From Abditibacterium sp. (GTDB lineage: Bacteria; Armatimonadota; Abditibacteriia; Abditibacteriales; Abditibacteriaceae), in assembly GCA_036399575.1 (NCBI GenBank), contig DASWMV010000191.1, positions 1,230 through 65,229 of the forward strand: a stretch of DNA of 64,000 nt, given 5' to 3'. The position numbers and the translations under genes are program-made. Of this stretch, positions 27,066-36,030 are shown one piece after another. Under the pieces are notes generated by a model that saw only the letters and a list, made by a program, of their open reading frames with translations, made no database searches and was not told where the DNA came from. The number at the start of each line of letters is the position of its first letter. Within the stretch, counting starts at the first letter, position 1.

Positions 27066-27994
27066 GTGATTTGTCCGAAAACTTCATTGAGGCGCACAAA
27101 AGCGTGCAGGTAGCGCGGCGTTGAGCCAAGTTGCGTCGCGTGACATTCCAAAGCGGCCTTTTTCTGCGCGATTTCTTCGCTGGATAATGCAAAAGACATC
27201 CATTTGGTGCCGCCGCGCAATAAATGGCGAGGCGGCGCGAGCGGCAAATGGGGATGATAACCGTTAGGCACCGGCCAGATGCCGCAGTGAATCAGAAAGG
27301 CCAACAAACGGGGCCGCGCACGGGGCGAAAGCGACGCGATAGCTGCCTCGCAAAGATGATAGGCGACAACGTGATCGCCGTGTGTGTCGCGTGGATGGGT
27401 GGTGAGAACCAGAGTTGGCGCAAAATCTTCGAAGGCAAGCGCCAGATTTTCCAAAAGTGCCGCGCGGCAATAGGGCGAGCGCGGCGCAAAGGCGCGTTCG
27501 TATTCGACGCGCTCAAAACCCGTAAAAGGCGAAACAAAAGGCGATTGAGACGAATAATCGCCATCCCATATCGCGCGTGCTCCGCCATCAGGGAATCCGA
27601 AAAACAGCACATTTGACGCATCAACTCCCAGAGTTTGGGCCGCCTTGAGCGCCTCGCTTTGGCGCCTTCGTGCGATATCGGGCAGCGTTGTCTCGCCCTT
27701 ACCACGCAAAACCTGCGAAATTTGCGTAGTGCGCGAGCCGTCACCGTTGCTCAGAAAGCCGATTTGCACTTCCATCCCAGCGGCGCGCGCCCACGCAATC
27801 AGCCCGCCCGCGCCCAAAACTTCGTCGTCAGGATGCGGCGCCAACACGAAAATGCGTTCGCGCGGCGCCAGTTCAGGAAACGTGGCCAACGGCACGCGCA
27901 AAGCGTCCAAATTATCGAAATGGCGCTTTAGCGCCGGCCCAGCAACTGGCACTAACGTTTGCGCGGTCGCTGCAAGCAGTTTTTTAGGGGACAT
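27062..27994 (-). CDS. PIG-L (LmbE) family N-acetylglucosaminyl deacetylase
   Basis: VLAPHPDDEVLGAGGLIA and HPRDTHGDHV zinc-binding motifs. ATG at 27994 lies inside ORF 27062..28084. Confidence 0.85.
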   Translation of the reverse strand: MSPKKLLAATAQTLVPVAGPALKRHFDNLDALRVPLATFPELAPRERIFVLAPHPDDEVLGAGGLIAWARAAGMEVQIGFLSNGDGSRTTQISQVLRGKGETTLPDIARRRQSEALKAAQTLGVDASNVLFFGFPDGGARAIWDGDYSSQSPFVSPFTGFERVEYERAFAPRSPYCRAALLENLALAFEDFAPTLVLTTHPRDTHGDHVVAYHLCEAAIASLSPRARPRLLAFLIHCGIWPVPNGYHPHLPLAPPRHLLRGGTKWMSFALSSEEIAQKKAALECHATQLGSTPRYLHAFVRLNEVFGQIT

Positions 27995-28215
27995 AATTGA
28001 AAAACTAAAAGGAAAAACGCTGCGAAAGCTGCAATGCAGTTTAGAGCTTGACGAACTTTGGCCGGAGCGTGAGCGTCTGCTCATGCGATTCAGATCGCCT
28101 GATTACGAAAAGAAATCGGGTTGCTGACTCGCCTCATTGGAACACGCGCGCTGTCTATGCAAAACTGGCGCGCCGTCACAGGCAATTTTTTTTGTCTTTT
28201 GTCTTTCCTTCCCAA

Positions 28216-31200
28216 ATGCCCGCACCCCGCCTTTCCTCCGCGCGCTCTCGACTTTTGCGCCTCAAAAAAGGTTTGCCACGCCATAAAATCGCGCAACGCA
28301 GCGGTGGAAACGCGCCTAAAAACCCCTTTTTCGCGCGCGCGGGTGGCAGCGCGATTGGCGGCTCAATTCCAGGTGGTCGCGCCACGCGCGGCATTCCAAT
28401 TTTGGTGTTTGGTGCACTTTCGATTTTGTGTGCACGCTGGTATTTCGGCCAAAATCTCGGAGTTAGCGGCGAAGTGGAGCGCGTTCTGCGCGCCCAGATC
28501 GTGCCCGAAATCGAAAAACAACTCGGCGCCAAAGTTGAAATTGGTGCGGTAAAAACCGATTGGTTAGGCCGCGTCGAAGTTTTCGATGTCGTGATCGGAC
28601 GTAACCCCGCCCTACCAACGGGCGCTCTGGCACGCGCGAAAAGCGTCACGCTCAACCTCGATTTGCCTGGACTTGCGCTGCGCCGCGCCACTTTTCCTGA
28701 CGCGATTCGCTCCGTCACACTCGACGCGCCGCAAATCTATCTCAAACGCGACAAAACGGGCCTCAACTGGGCCAACATGTTGCCCGATAACGAGGGTGGC
28801 CCCAAAACGGCGTGGACAGGTCGCATTGCGGCGCTCAATGGGCGCGTTTACTATTTCGACTCAACTGTTCCTTCGGCATCGGGGCGCCCGCTTATTGTCG
28901 ATGCGCGTGGTGTCGATGCGACCGTCGATGCGCTCGCCAACGCGCCCTACCGTTTTGTTGGTCGCTCACGCGAGCCGTATCTGGGCGTTGAAAAATTGCG
29001 TCTGAGCGAAATGTCGGGAGATGGCGCTGTTGATTCCGATTTTTCGCGCGGCATTTTGGGCATGCAAAGCCAGAAAGTGCCGCTCGCGGCGCTGGGCAAT
29101 TTCGCATTTCCCAAACGCGATGTGATTTTGCGTGGGGGGATGGCATCGGGCCGCGTGCAAGTGATTTTACGAGGCAAAGTGCTCGTTCCGCACGGCAACC
29201 TGAATTTTGAAAACGTCGCGGCCACGATCAATTCGGTGCGCGAACCCAATTCCACGCGCGCGGCACAAATTGATAATTTCACTGGCCCAGTGCGTTTTGC
29301 AGGCGAGGCGTTTTCAACAGAGGGCGCCAAATTTCGCGCCCTCGATGCGGATTTCGCTGTCGCGGGTGCAGCATCGCTTGGAAAAGTTGGCGCTCCGCCG
29401 ATTTTCGACCTTCGAATCGCCACCAAGGCGCTGCCAGTCGCGCGACTGCGCGGATTTTTGCCCGCCCAAACACAAAAGATCGCGTTTTCGAGTGGCCCAG
29501 CGGCGCTCAGCGCCCGAGTCGCCGGCACAACTAGCCAAATGACGGCAAGTGGCGCGCTCGATGCGCCAAACGTCCGCTTTTCTGACTCTACAAGCGGCGC
29601 ACGCGGGCAATTTTCCACGCTACGAACGGTGTTCAATGCCGCAACAAGCGGTGATTTCAAGAAATCGCTGGATTGGCGTTTCGCGGCGCGATTTGCGGCC
29701 CCAACAGGCGCCGTTTCAACACCAAATGGTGCCATACAAGCCGCAAATTGGACCGGGAGCGCACGCGGCGTGCGTAATGGCGGCGCGGATTTCGATTTGC
29801 GCGCGCGCGATTTCGCGGTGCAAACGCCGCGTTATGGCACCTCGCGTGGCGCGGCGCTGCGTTTGACAGCCTCGACGCCGGACATTTTGCGACCTGACTG
29901 GCGCGGCAACGCGGTTTTAGAACGCGCATCCACTCAAAACCTACGTTTTGCTGCCCTTTCACCGGCGCTGGCAAAAACCATCAGGTCCTCGGGACTTCTT
30001 TCGGTCGCAGCCCAGTTCTCTGGTGTCGACGCGAATCTTTCATCGTCGAAATTAAAAACCAACGCAAGTTTTTCGCTGTCGCAATTGCAAATTGACGAGC
30101 GCGCTTTCGCGCAAAATGGCGCCCTGCCCATTGGCGGGGACGACTTCAATTTGCGCGCAATTCAAGGACGTCTGGCGCTTTCGAACGGCGTGTTGGCTGT
30201 GTCGCGCGCCAGCGCAATTTCGGCATTTGGCGCGCTCCGGCTAGATGCTGCCGTGCCGCTCAAAACCCCCAATGCAGCGCGAATTGCGCTCAGTTTGCCG
30301 CAGGTTGAAGTGAGCGCCACGCGCCTCGCGCCGTTTTTGCGGGCGCAAAACGTCGCGCTCGATGGCGATTGGAGAGGGCGCGTTTCGCTACTGTCGCGTC
30401 AAGACGGCAGTGGCAAAATCGGCTTCGATTTCGATTTACAAACTAACAACTCGGCGTTACGTGGTCTCGGAAAACGCGGCGCACGGGTGTTTTTAGGTGC
30501 ACCGCGTTTGCGGGGCCGCGCCGATTTCAACGCTCAAAACCCAGCGCGCAGTTGGGACGCAACCGCGACACTCGAAGCCCGCGAAGCGCGCGTGCAAAGC
30601 GGTTCGCTAGGCCGTTTTGCCGCGCTTCCAGATCCGCTTTCCGGCGCGCGCGCTGTCGGGTTGCGCTTGAATTTTAGTGGGCGTGCCGGACGCGATTTGG
30701 CCCAAACTGCCACGCCACGCCGAGTGATTCCGTTGGATTGGGCAGGCGAAATGCACGCCGAGCGTTTTTCCGCGCCACTCCCGATCCCAGGCCGAAAAGG
30801 CGTTTTTGCAACGCTCACCGACGCACGCGCCCACCTTGAAGCGGCGCGCGGCGGCATTGACATTTCGCGTTTCACCGCGCGGTTGGGACGCGGCTCACTT
30901 GATGGCACGGCGCGCATCGAAAATGGCCAGCCCAGCGCGCGGATTTTGGCCAGCAACGTCGATGTCGCGACGCTCCAGCGCCTCGCAGCCCCTACGACGT
31001 TGGCAACCGCACGATTAGTGGGCCTTGCCGATGCGACGCTGCAAATCGCACCGGGAATTGACCCTCGCGCGCAAATCCGGCTTTCGCGCGGCGCGGTCTC
31101 ACTTTCGCCGGGCGAAACGATACCTCTTGATGGCGCCCGCGCGCAGGTTTTGATGTTGCCCTCGGGCCAAATCGAAGTGCGTGATGCGCTGGTGTGGAGC

Positions 31201-34200
31201 GAGGGCGCGCGCATCGCTGGCGAAGCTCGGCTCACGAATGCGCAGTGGAGCGGCCAGGTCAGCGCGTCGGGCGCGCGCTTGCAGCGTTTAGCGAGTTTTC
31301 CTTTTGCAAACGGTTTGCGTGATGCGATGCGCCCCGATGGACTGGCGGGCGGCGCTTTGACCTTTCAAATCGATCCCAAAAACCCGCGCAACGCAGCGAT
31401 TTCAGGCAACGTAAACCTCAAGCTCGTTTCGGTGATGGGCGCTTCAATTGACGCGGCAACCGCGCAAGTCGAGGCGCGAAATGGGCCACGCGGCTGGAAT
31501 TTCGCGCTAACCAACATAGCAGGTAATGCCGAAAGCGCGCCTTTCAGCGGCGAAGTTCGCGCGGATTCCGCTTCCAATTCGTGGCGCGTCAAATTGGGCG
31601 CGCAACAACTCGAAAGCGCGCGACTCACGCGTCTGGGCGCGTTACAAAACTTTGGCGGCGCAGCGCCGCGCGAAGAAGTTTTGAATCGTGCCCTACCCGT
31701 TAAAGGCGTTTTGTCAGGCGATGTCGAATTGGAAGGCACTCTTTTTGACGCCGAAGGCGCTTTTGCTCCGCGTCCGCGCGATGGTTTTGCGCGCGTTGCA
31801 TCGGGCCAACTGGCGTGGCAAGGCCGCACTTTTGGCGCGCTTCGCGCGGATTTCGAGGTAGAAAAAGGCGTGGCACGCGCCAAAACACTGGAGCTTTTGC
31901 GCCCTGAAGGACAGGGCGATCAAAGCACGCCGATCTTGAGCATTTCAGGCCAGTTACCGCTCGAAATCGGCGCGCGCGGACTCGACGCGAAGCTACGAGT
32001 AGCCGAAGCGCCGCTCGCGTTTTTCGCCGATGTTTTGCGTGAAGGCAAAGATGCACTTCAAAAATCGGGGGTTTCGGTGCCGCTTTTCGAGCGCGCGGTT
32101 ACCTACGTCGATGCGCTTCCAGCGGGAACTACGGGCCGCGTCGCACTCGAAGGCGCGATTCAAGGCAGTTGGAATGCCCCCATCATTCGCGTTTCCAGCC
32201 TGACGCTGCGCGATGGTCGCGCCCGCGTGCCAGCCGGCGGCTATAGCCCGCCCGCAATGCTCGATGCAGCGTTCGTGTTGGAAGACGGTGCCGTTACCAT
32301 TGAAAAAGCCGAGTTTCGTCTCAAGAAGACAGCAACACCAATTGATTCCGCTTCCCAAAACAGCGCTTCAACCGCCACCGCCTCGGAGGATGACGAGGCA
32401 GAAGATGACACGCTTTTGCGTGTTGAGCCGGGTGGAAAAGTGGTTCCCAATGGCCCGATTTCTCTGGCGGCAGACGTGCTTAACGCCAATTTATCTCAGT
32501 TTTCAACATGGGTGCCGGCGCTTCGTGCGCGCGATGGCTCGCCGCTATTGCGCGGCGAACTCTCGGAAGTTTCGTTTCGCGTGGGCGGCACGACCCTCGA
32601 CCCCGCGATCACTGGCTCGGTCCAAGGCGAGAACCTGTCGTTTAGTTCTTATACGCTTGACCGTTTGCGCGTAGCGCGTTTTGAAATCGCCAATGGCGCG
32701 GCGCGTATCGAACCGGGCAATTTGACAGTGGTGAAAGGCGCCTTCCAGTCTTCGTCGGCTTATGGCAGCGTGCCGTGGAGTTGGACACCGCTTGGACCCG
32801 TCGCGAATGCACCGATTGACGTGCATTTCCCGCTGCAAACCCGCGATTTTGGCGCGTTGATTGGCGTGGCAGTTCCGGCGCTCAGCGTCGCCGATGCTGA
32901 CGAGTTTCGCGGCTCGCTCGATGTGACAGGAACGCTTCAGGCGCCGCAAATTTCCGGCGCCATCACCATTCGCGGTGGTCAATTCCGTCTCGATCCGCGT
33001 CAGGACGCGTTTCAAACTGGCCTGACTGAGCTTTCGGGCACGCTCCGCTTCGTGGGCGGCAATCAAGTCGTCGTTGATGAAGAAGACCCACTCAAAGGTC
33101 GTTTGGTCGCGGCCAGCGCAGTTGAAGGCCGCAAAGCGCGCCGCGAAGATGTGCGCCCCGCATCTCCCGAGGTAAAAACCGTCGCGACAACTCCATTAGA
33201 CGCGGTTGCCAAGACTCTGGAGACCAAAGGCACCTCAAAAATCGACAATAAAGATTCGTTTAAGGCGCCACGTCTGGCCGGAGAGTGGGTTTTGCGCGGC
33301 GGCGTTTCGCGCGACCTCGAAATCGACCCGCGCGCGATTTTGAACCCTGCCAACGCCCTCGCACGGTTGCGCTACAATCTCTCGTTTTCGCTCGACAACG
33401 GTCTTTACGAATCGGATGCATTTCCGGGAGTGCGCGATGTGAGTTTGGGCGCGATTTGGAAGACCGGCAAAGGCCGTGCGCCCGAAAACTCGCAAAACGT
33501 GAGTTGGATGATCGCGGCGCGCGGCACCAAAACGCGTCGCCTCAAAACCGGCGGACAACTAACATCTTTTGGCTCTTTGACTCTGCGGCCCAATTTTGCG
33601 ACGGGCATCGACGCTCTGGGCCGCTCGCGCGCCAACGAATTTAGTGGCGAAAAAGATTTCGCAGCGTTTCCAGTTTTCAAACGCATTGACTTCAAAGGGT
33701 TTCCCGACCGGCTCGCACAAGTGCGCCTCGATGATTTCGCGGTGGGACTTACGGGGGCCGCGTCGGGCGTCATGGATGGGCGTTTGGTTTTAGACAACCG
33801 CTCCGGCACGCAGAAAGCGCCTCAGGAAGCCGTGCGTTTGCAACAGGCCTCTATTACGGGCCGTAGCGCGCCAGCGCGTTTATTTGGCGTGCCGTTTAAC
33901 AGTGACGAGGATCGAACGCGCCCGCGTTTGGTGCAAAGCGATTTTTTTGGCGACACATCGGGCGATGTGGAAGCAGAAGAATCGGAAGTTCCCGCACCGC
34001 GACGCGGCGGAAATAATGTGCCTAGCACTGCGCCCAATAGCAGCGAAACGGTGATTGAGACTTCGGCTTCAACGCCTCTGCGTTTGGCGGGAACACTTAC
34101 GCTTGAGAGCGCGGAAATTTATGGCGCTCCGGCAGGCGGCGAGGGCGCAGCATTATTGCTTTCGCGCTTACCCGGCGCGCCGATTTTCGATGTGCGCCTC

Positions 34201-34962
34201 AAAATGGGGCGCGATGTCGAAATCGTCACAGCCGCTTTTCGCTCTGGTTTGCAGGGTTTTATGGTGGCGAGTGGCTCGCCCAACAATCCGCAAATTTTAG
34301 GCACTTTGCAAACGCGTGATGGCCAAGTGCGTTTTCCCAACGCCCGCGCCCGCGTGCAGGAAGGCCGCGTCACACTCGCGCTCAATCGCGATCCGGAAAC
34401 AGATGCACTTCGCACCAGAGTTGAGATTGACGCAACCGCGCGCGGACAAGCCGGACGCTACGCCATCACGCTACGACTGCGTGGGCCTCTCGATTTAGGA
34501 ACGGGCAGCACGCAGGGCCTTAAAATCGACGTTTCTTCCAATCCACCTTTGTCGCAAAACGAAGCATTTCAGCAGTTGCTAGGAACAGTTCCCACAGACG
34601 AAGGCAGCGCCAATCAAGCCTATGCCAGTTCGGTCTTGAGCGTTTTGTCGGCGCCACTTTTTTCTGGAGTCGAACAAACTATCGCCCAAACTCTGGGCCT
34701 CACCAGTGTTGGATTTGAATACCGCTTCAACGAGCCGCTCGCGGTGCAATTCACTAAGGCGCTTGGCGACCGCGTTTTCGTCTCCTATCGGCGCTCACTG
34801 GGCAGCGGCTCCAACACGGGTGTAAATGCAGGTGGCGCCAGCGGACGCACACCATTTGAGCTTCGTATCGAATATCGCATCAAAGGCGACGTTTTGGTGG
34901 GTCTACAAACCGATGAACGCCAGATACCGTCGCTCACAGTTCAAAAATCACTGCGGTTTTGA
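28216..34962 (+). CDS. tamB: Giant TamB/AsmA-like translocation and assembly module protein (2248 aa)
   Basis: N-terminal TM anchor IPILVFGALSILCARWYF. Beta-rich repetitive body. DUF490-type C-terminus LTSVGFEYRFNEPLAVQFTKALGDRVFVSYRRSLG...ELRIEYRIKGDVLVGLQTD. bamA lies downstream. ATG at 28216 lies inside ORF 28048..34962. Confidence 0.75.
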   Translation: MPAPRLSSARSRLLRLKKGLPRHKIAQRSGGNAPKNPFFARAGGSAIGGSIPGGRATRGIPILVFGALSILCARWYFGQNLGVSGEVERVLRAQIVPEIEKQLGAKVEIGAVKTDWLGRVEVFDVVIGRNPALPTGALARAKSVTLNLDLPGLALRRATFPDAIRSVTLDAPQIYLKRDKTGLNWANMLPDNEGGPKTAWTGRIAALNGRVYYFDSTVPSASGRPLIVDARGVDATVDALANAPYRFVGRSREPYLGVEKLRLSEMSGDGAVDSDFSRGILGMQSQKVPLAALGNFAFPKRDVILRGGMASGRVQVILRGKVLVPHGNLNFENVAATINSVREPNSTRAAQIDNFTGPVRFAGEAFSTEGAKFRALDADFAVAGAASLGKVGAPPIFDLRIATKALPVARLRGFLPAQTQKIAFSSGPAALSARVAGTTSQMTASGALDAPNVRFSDSTSGARGQFSTLRTVFNAATSGDFKKSLDWRFAARFAAPTGAVSTPNGAIQAANWTGSARGVRNGGADFDLRARDFAVQTPRYGTSRGAALRLTASTPDILRPDWRGNAVLERASTQNLRFAALSPALAKTIRSSGLLSVAAQFSGVDANLSSSKLKTNASFSLSQLQIDERAFAQNGALPIGGDDFNLRAIQGRLALSNGVLAVSRASAISAFGALRLDAAVPLKTPNAARIALSLPQVEVSATRLAPFLRAQNVALDGDWRGRVSLLSRQDGSGKIGFDFDLQTNNSALRGLGKRGARVFLGAPRLRGRADFNAQNPARSWDATATLEAREARVQSGSLGRFAALPDPLSGARAVGLRLNFSGRAGRDLAQTATPRRVIPLDWAGEMHAERFSAPLPIPGRKGVFATLTDARAHLEAARGGIDISRFTARLGRGSLDGTARIENGQPSARILASNVDVATLQRLAAPTTLATARLVGLADATLQIAPGIDPRAQIRLSRGAVSLSPGETIPLDGARAQVLMLPSGQIEVRDALVWSEGARIAGEARLTNAQWSGQVSASGARLQRLASFPFANGLRDAMRPDGLAGGALTFQIDPKNPRNAAISGNVNLKLVSVMGASIDAATAQVEARNGPRGWNFALTNIAGNAESAPFSGEVRADSASNSWRVKLGAQQLESARLTRLGALQNFGGAAPREEVLNRALPVKGVLSGDVELEGTLFDAEGAFAPRPRDGFARVASGQLAWQGRTFGALRADFEVEKGVARAKTLELLRPEGQGDQSTPILSISGQLPLEIGARGLDAKLRVAEAPLAFFADVLREGKDALQKSGVSVPLFERAVTYVDALPAGTTGRVALEGAIQGSWNAPIIRVSSLTLRDGRARVPAGGYSPPAMLDAAFVLEDGAVTIEKAEFRLKKTATPIDSASQNSASTATASEDDEAEDDTLLRVEPGGKVVPNGPISLAADVLNANLSQFSTWVPALRARDGSPLLRGELSEVSFRVGGTTLDPAITGSVQGENLSFSSYTLDRLRVARFEIANGAARIEPGNLTVVKGAFQSSSAYGSVPWSWTPLGPVANAPIDVHFPLQTRDFGALIGVAVPALSVADADEFRGSLDVTGTLQAPQISGAITIRGGQFRLDPRQDAFQTGLTELSGTLRFVGGNQVVVDEEDPLKGRLVAASAVEGRKARREDVRPASPEVKTVATTPLDAVAKTLETKGTSKIDNKDSFKAPRLAGEWVLRGGVSRDLEIDPRAILNPANALARLRYNLSFSLDNGLYESDAFPGVRDVSLGAIWKTGKGRAPENSQNVSWMIAARGTKTRRLKTGGQLTSFGSLTLRPNFATGIDALGRSRANEFSGEKDFAAFPVFKRIDFKGFPDRLAQVRLDDFAVGLTGAASGVMDGRLVLDNRSGTQKAPQEAVRLQQASITGRSAPARLFGVPFNSDEDRTRPRLVQSDFFGDTSGDVEAEESEVPAPRRGGNNVPSTAPNSSETVIETSASTPLRLAGTLTLESAEIYGAPAGGEGAALLLSRLPGAPIFDVRLKMGRDVEIVTAAFRSGLQGFMVASGSPNNPQILGTLQTRDGQVRFPNARARVQEGRVTLALNRDPETDALRTRVEIDATARGQAGRYAITLRLRGPLDLGTGSTQGLKIDVSSNPPLSQNEAFQQLLGTVPTDEGSANQAYASSVLSVLSAPLFSGVEQTIAQTLGLTSVGFEYRFNEPLAVQFTKALGDRVFVSYRRSLGSGSNTGVNAGGASGRTPFELRIEYRIKGDVLVGLQTDERQIPSLTVQKSLRF

Positions 34963-34997
34963 AGCAACCTCATCCAGCTTGATCGCGGAAATCGCCT

Positions 34998-35026
34998 TGA
35001 ACTTTTGAGTCGCCGCTCAAGTCAGT
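34998..35026 (+). promoter_or_regulatory. Candidate ECF (sigmaE-like) promoter TGAACTT-N16-GTCAGT
   Basis: TGAACTT at 34998..35004, a 16-nt spacer that is itself a short palindrome (ttgag tcgccg ctcaa), and GTC at 35021..35023. It sits about 145 nt upstream of the sigma gene. Confidence 0.3.
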
Positions 35027-35169
35027 AGCCAATAGTAAGTCGGTTTTTGAAATTAGTTTGATTTCCAAAAGTCACATAAGAAGAAAACCTCCTCGCCGGA
35101 GGCTATACTTGACCAAGCGTTGGTTTGGAGTTTGTTAGTGGAAACAAAGTCTGGTTTTCGGGATTTTCT

Positions 35170-35844
35170 ATGTTCTTTTCACGCGAGCGCGTGTCGCAAA
35201 GCAGCGATATGACCCAGGAGTTCGAGCAGATCGTCGAACGTTATCACGGCAAAGTTTTTCAACTTGTATATCGCTATACGGGCGACTACGAAGAAGCGTG
35301 TGACTTAACGCAGGACACTTTTGTGCGCGCGTTCAATGCGTGGGGCGAATTTCGTGGCGACTCACAGGTTTATACCTGGCTTTATCGCATCGCTCTCAAT
35401 TTGTGCCACAACCAGCAAAAACGTATCGTGCGTCGCAACCGCATGGAACGTTGGTCGCTCGACACCTCGCCCGACGATGATTTCGAAGGCGGACGCGGCC
35501 CGATTGAAGTGGCCGACGAACGCGCCCTGCCGCTTGCGCGACTCGAAAGCGATGAAATGCGCTTGCGACTACGTGAAGCATTGCTCGAGTTACCCGAAAA
35601 TTACCGCGTTGTTATTGTTTTGCGCGATATTGAAGGGCTTACTTACGAAGAAATCGCTCGCGTGACCGATTCAACCCTCGAAGCGATAAAGAGCCGCCTG
35701 TTTCGTGCCCGCCAAACATTGCGCCGCATTTTAGAGCCATATATGACGGGTGGACTCGAAAGCGAAACTGCGGTTTCTGCGGCGCCTTCGCAGACGACAA
35801 CAGCTCCGGTTTGGCACGGCGCGGCTCAACCTGAAGCTGCTTAA
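35170..35844 (+). CDS. ECF-type RNA polymerase sigma factor
   Basis: Region 2: VFQLVYRYTGDYEEACDLTQDTFVRAF ... YTWLYRIALNLC. Region 4: YRVVIVLRDIEGLTYEEIARVTDSTLEAIKSRLFRAR. The start is ambiguous (ATG 35170 or 35209; the ORF opens at 35125). Confidence 0.85.
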   Translation: MFFSRERVSQSSDMTQEFEQIVERYHGKVFQLVYRYTGDYEEACDLTQDTFVRAFNAWGEFRGDSQVYTWLYRIALNLCHNQQKRIVRRNRMERWSLDTSPDDDFEGGRGPIEVADERALPLARLESDEMRLRLREALLELPENYRVVIVLRDIEGLTYEEIARVTDSTLEAIKSRLFRARQTLRRILEPYMTGGLESETAVSAAPSQTTTAPVWHGAAQPEAA

Positions 35845-35881
35845 ACGCGTCTTTACGACCGCAATTTCATTTTAAATTCAT

Positions 35882-35917
35882 CAAGAAGAGGTGCTTCCAA
35901 AAGCATCTCTTCTTTTT
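35882..35917 (+). terminator. Rho-independent terminator after the sigma gene
   Basis: Stem aagaagaggtgctt pairs with aagcatctcttctt (one G-U pair), followed by TTTTTT. Confidence 0.75.
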
Positions 35918-36030
35918 TATGAAAGTATCTTTGGCAAATTGAGGTAAATTGAAGGCGAAACGCACAACGGCGCTCCTTGTCCCACTGAGGCGCGCGTTTT
36001 GGCGCATCTAAGTCGGACGAAAGCCTCCAT

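Noticed and set aside
28048-28215. 56-aa N-terminal extension of TamB in the ORF track
   Set aside because: The extension has no signal or TM character and lies in the divergent promoter region shared with the PIG-L operon. ATG 28216 is followed by the basic stretch and the TM anchor expected for TamB.
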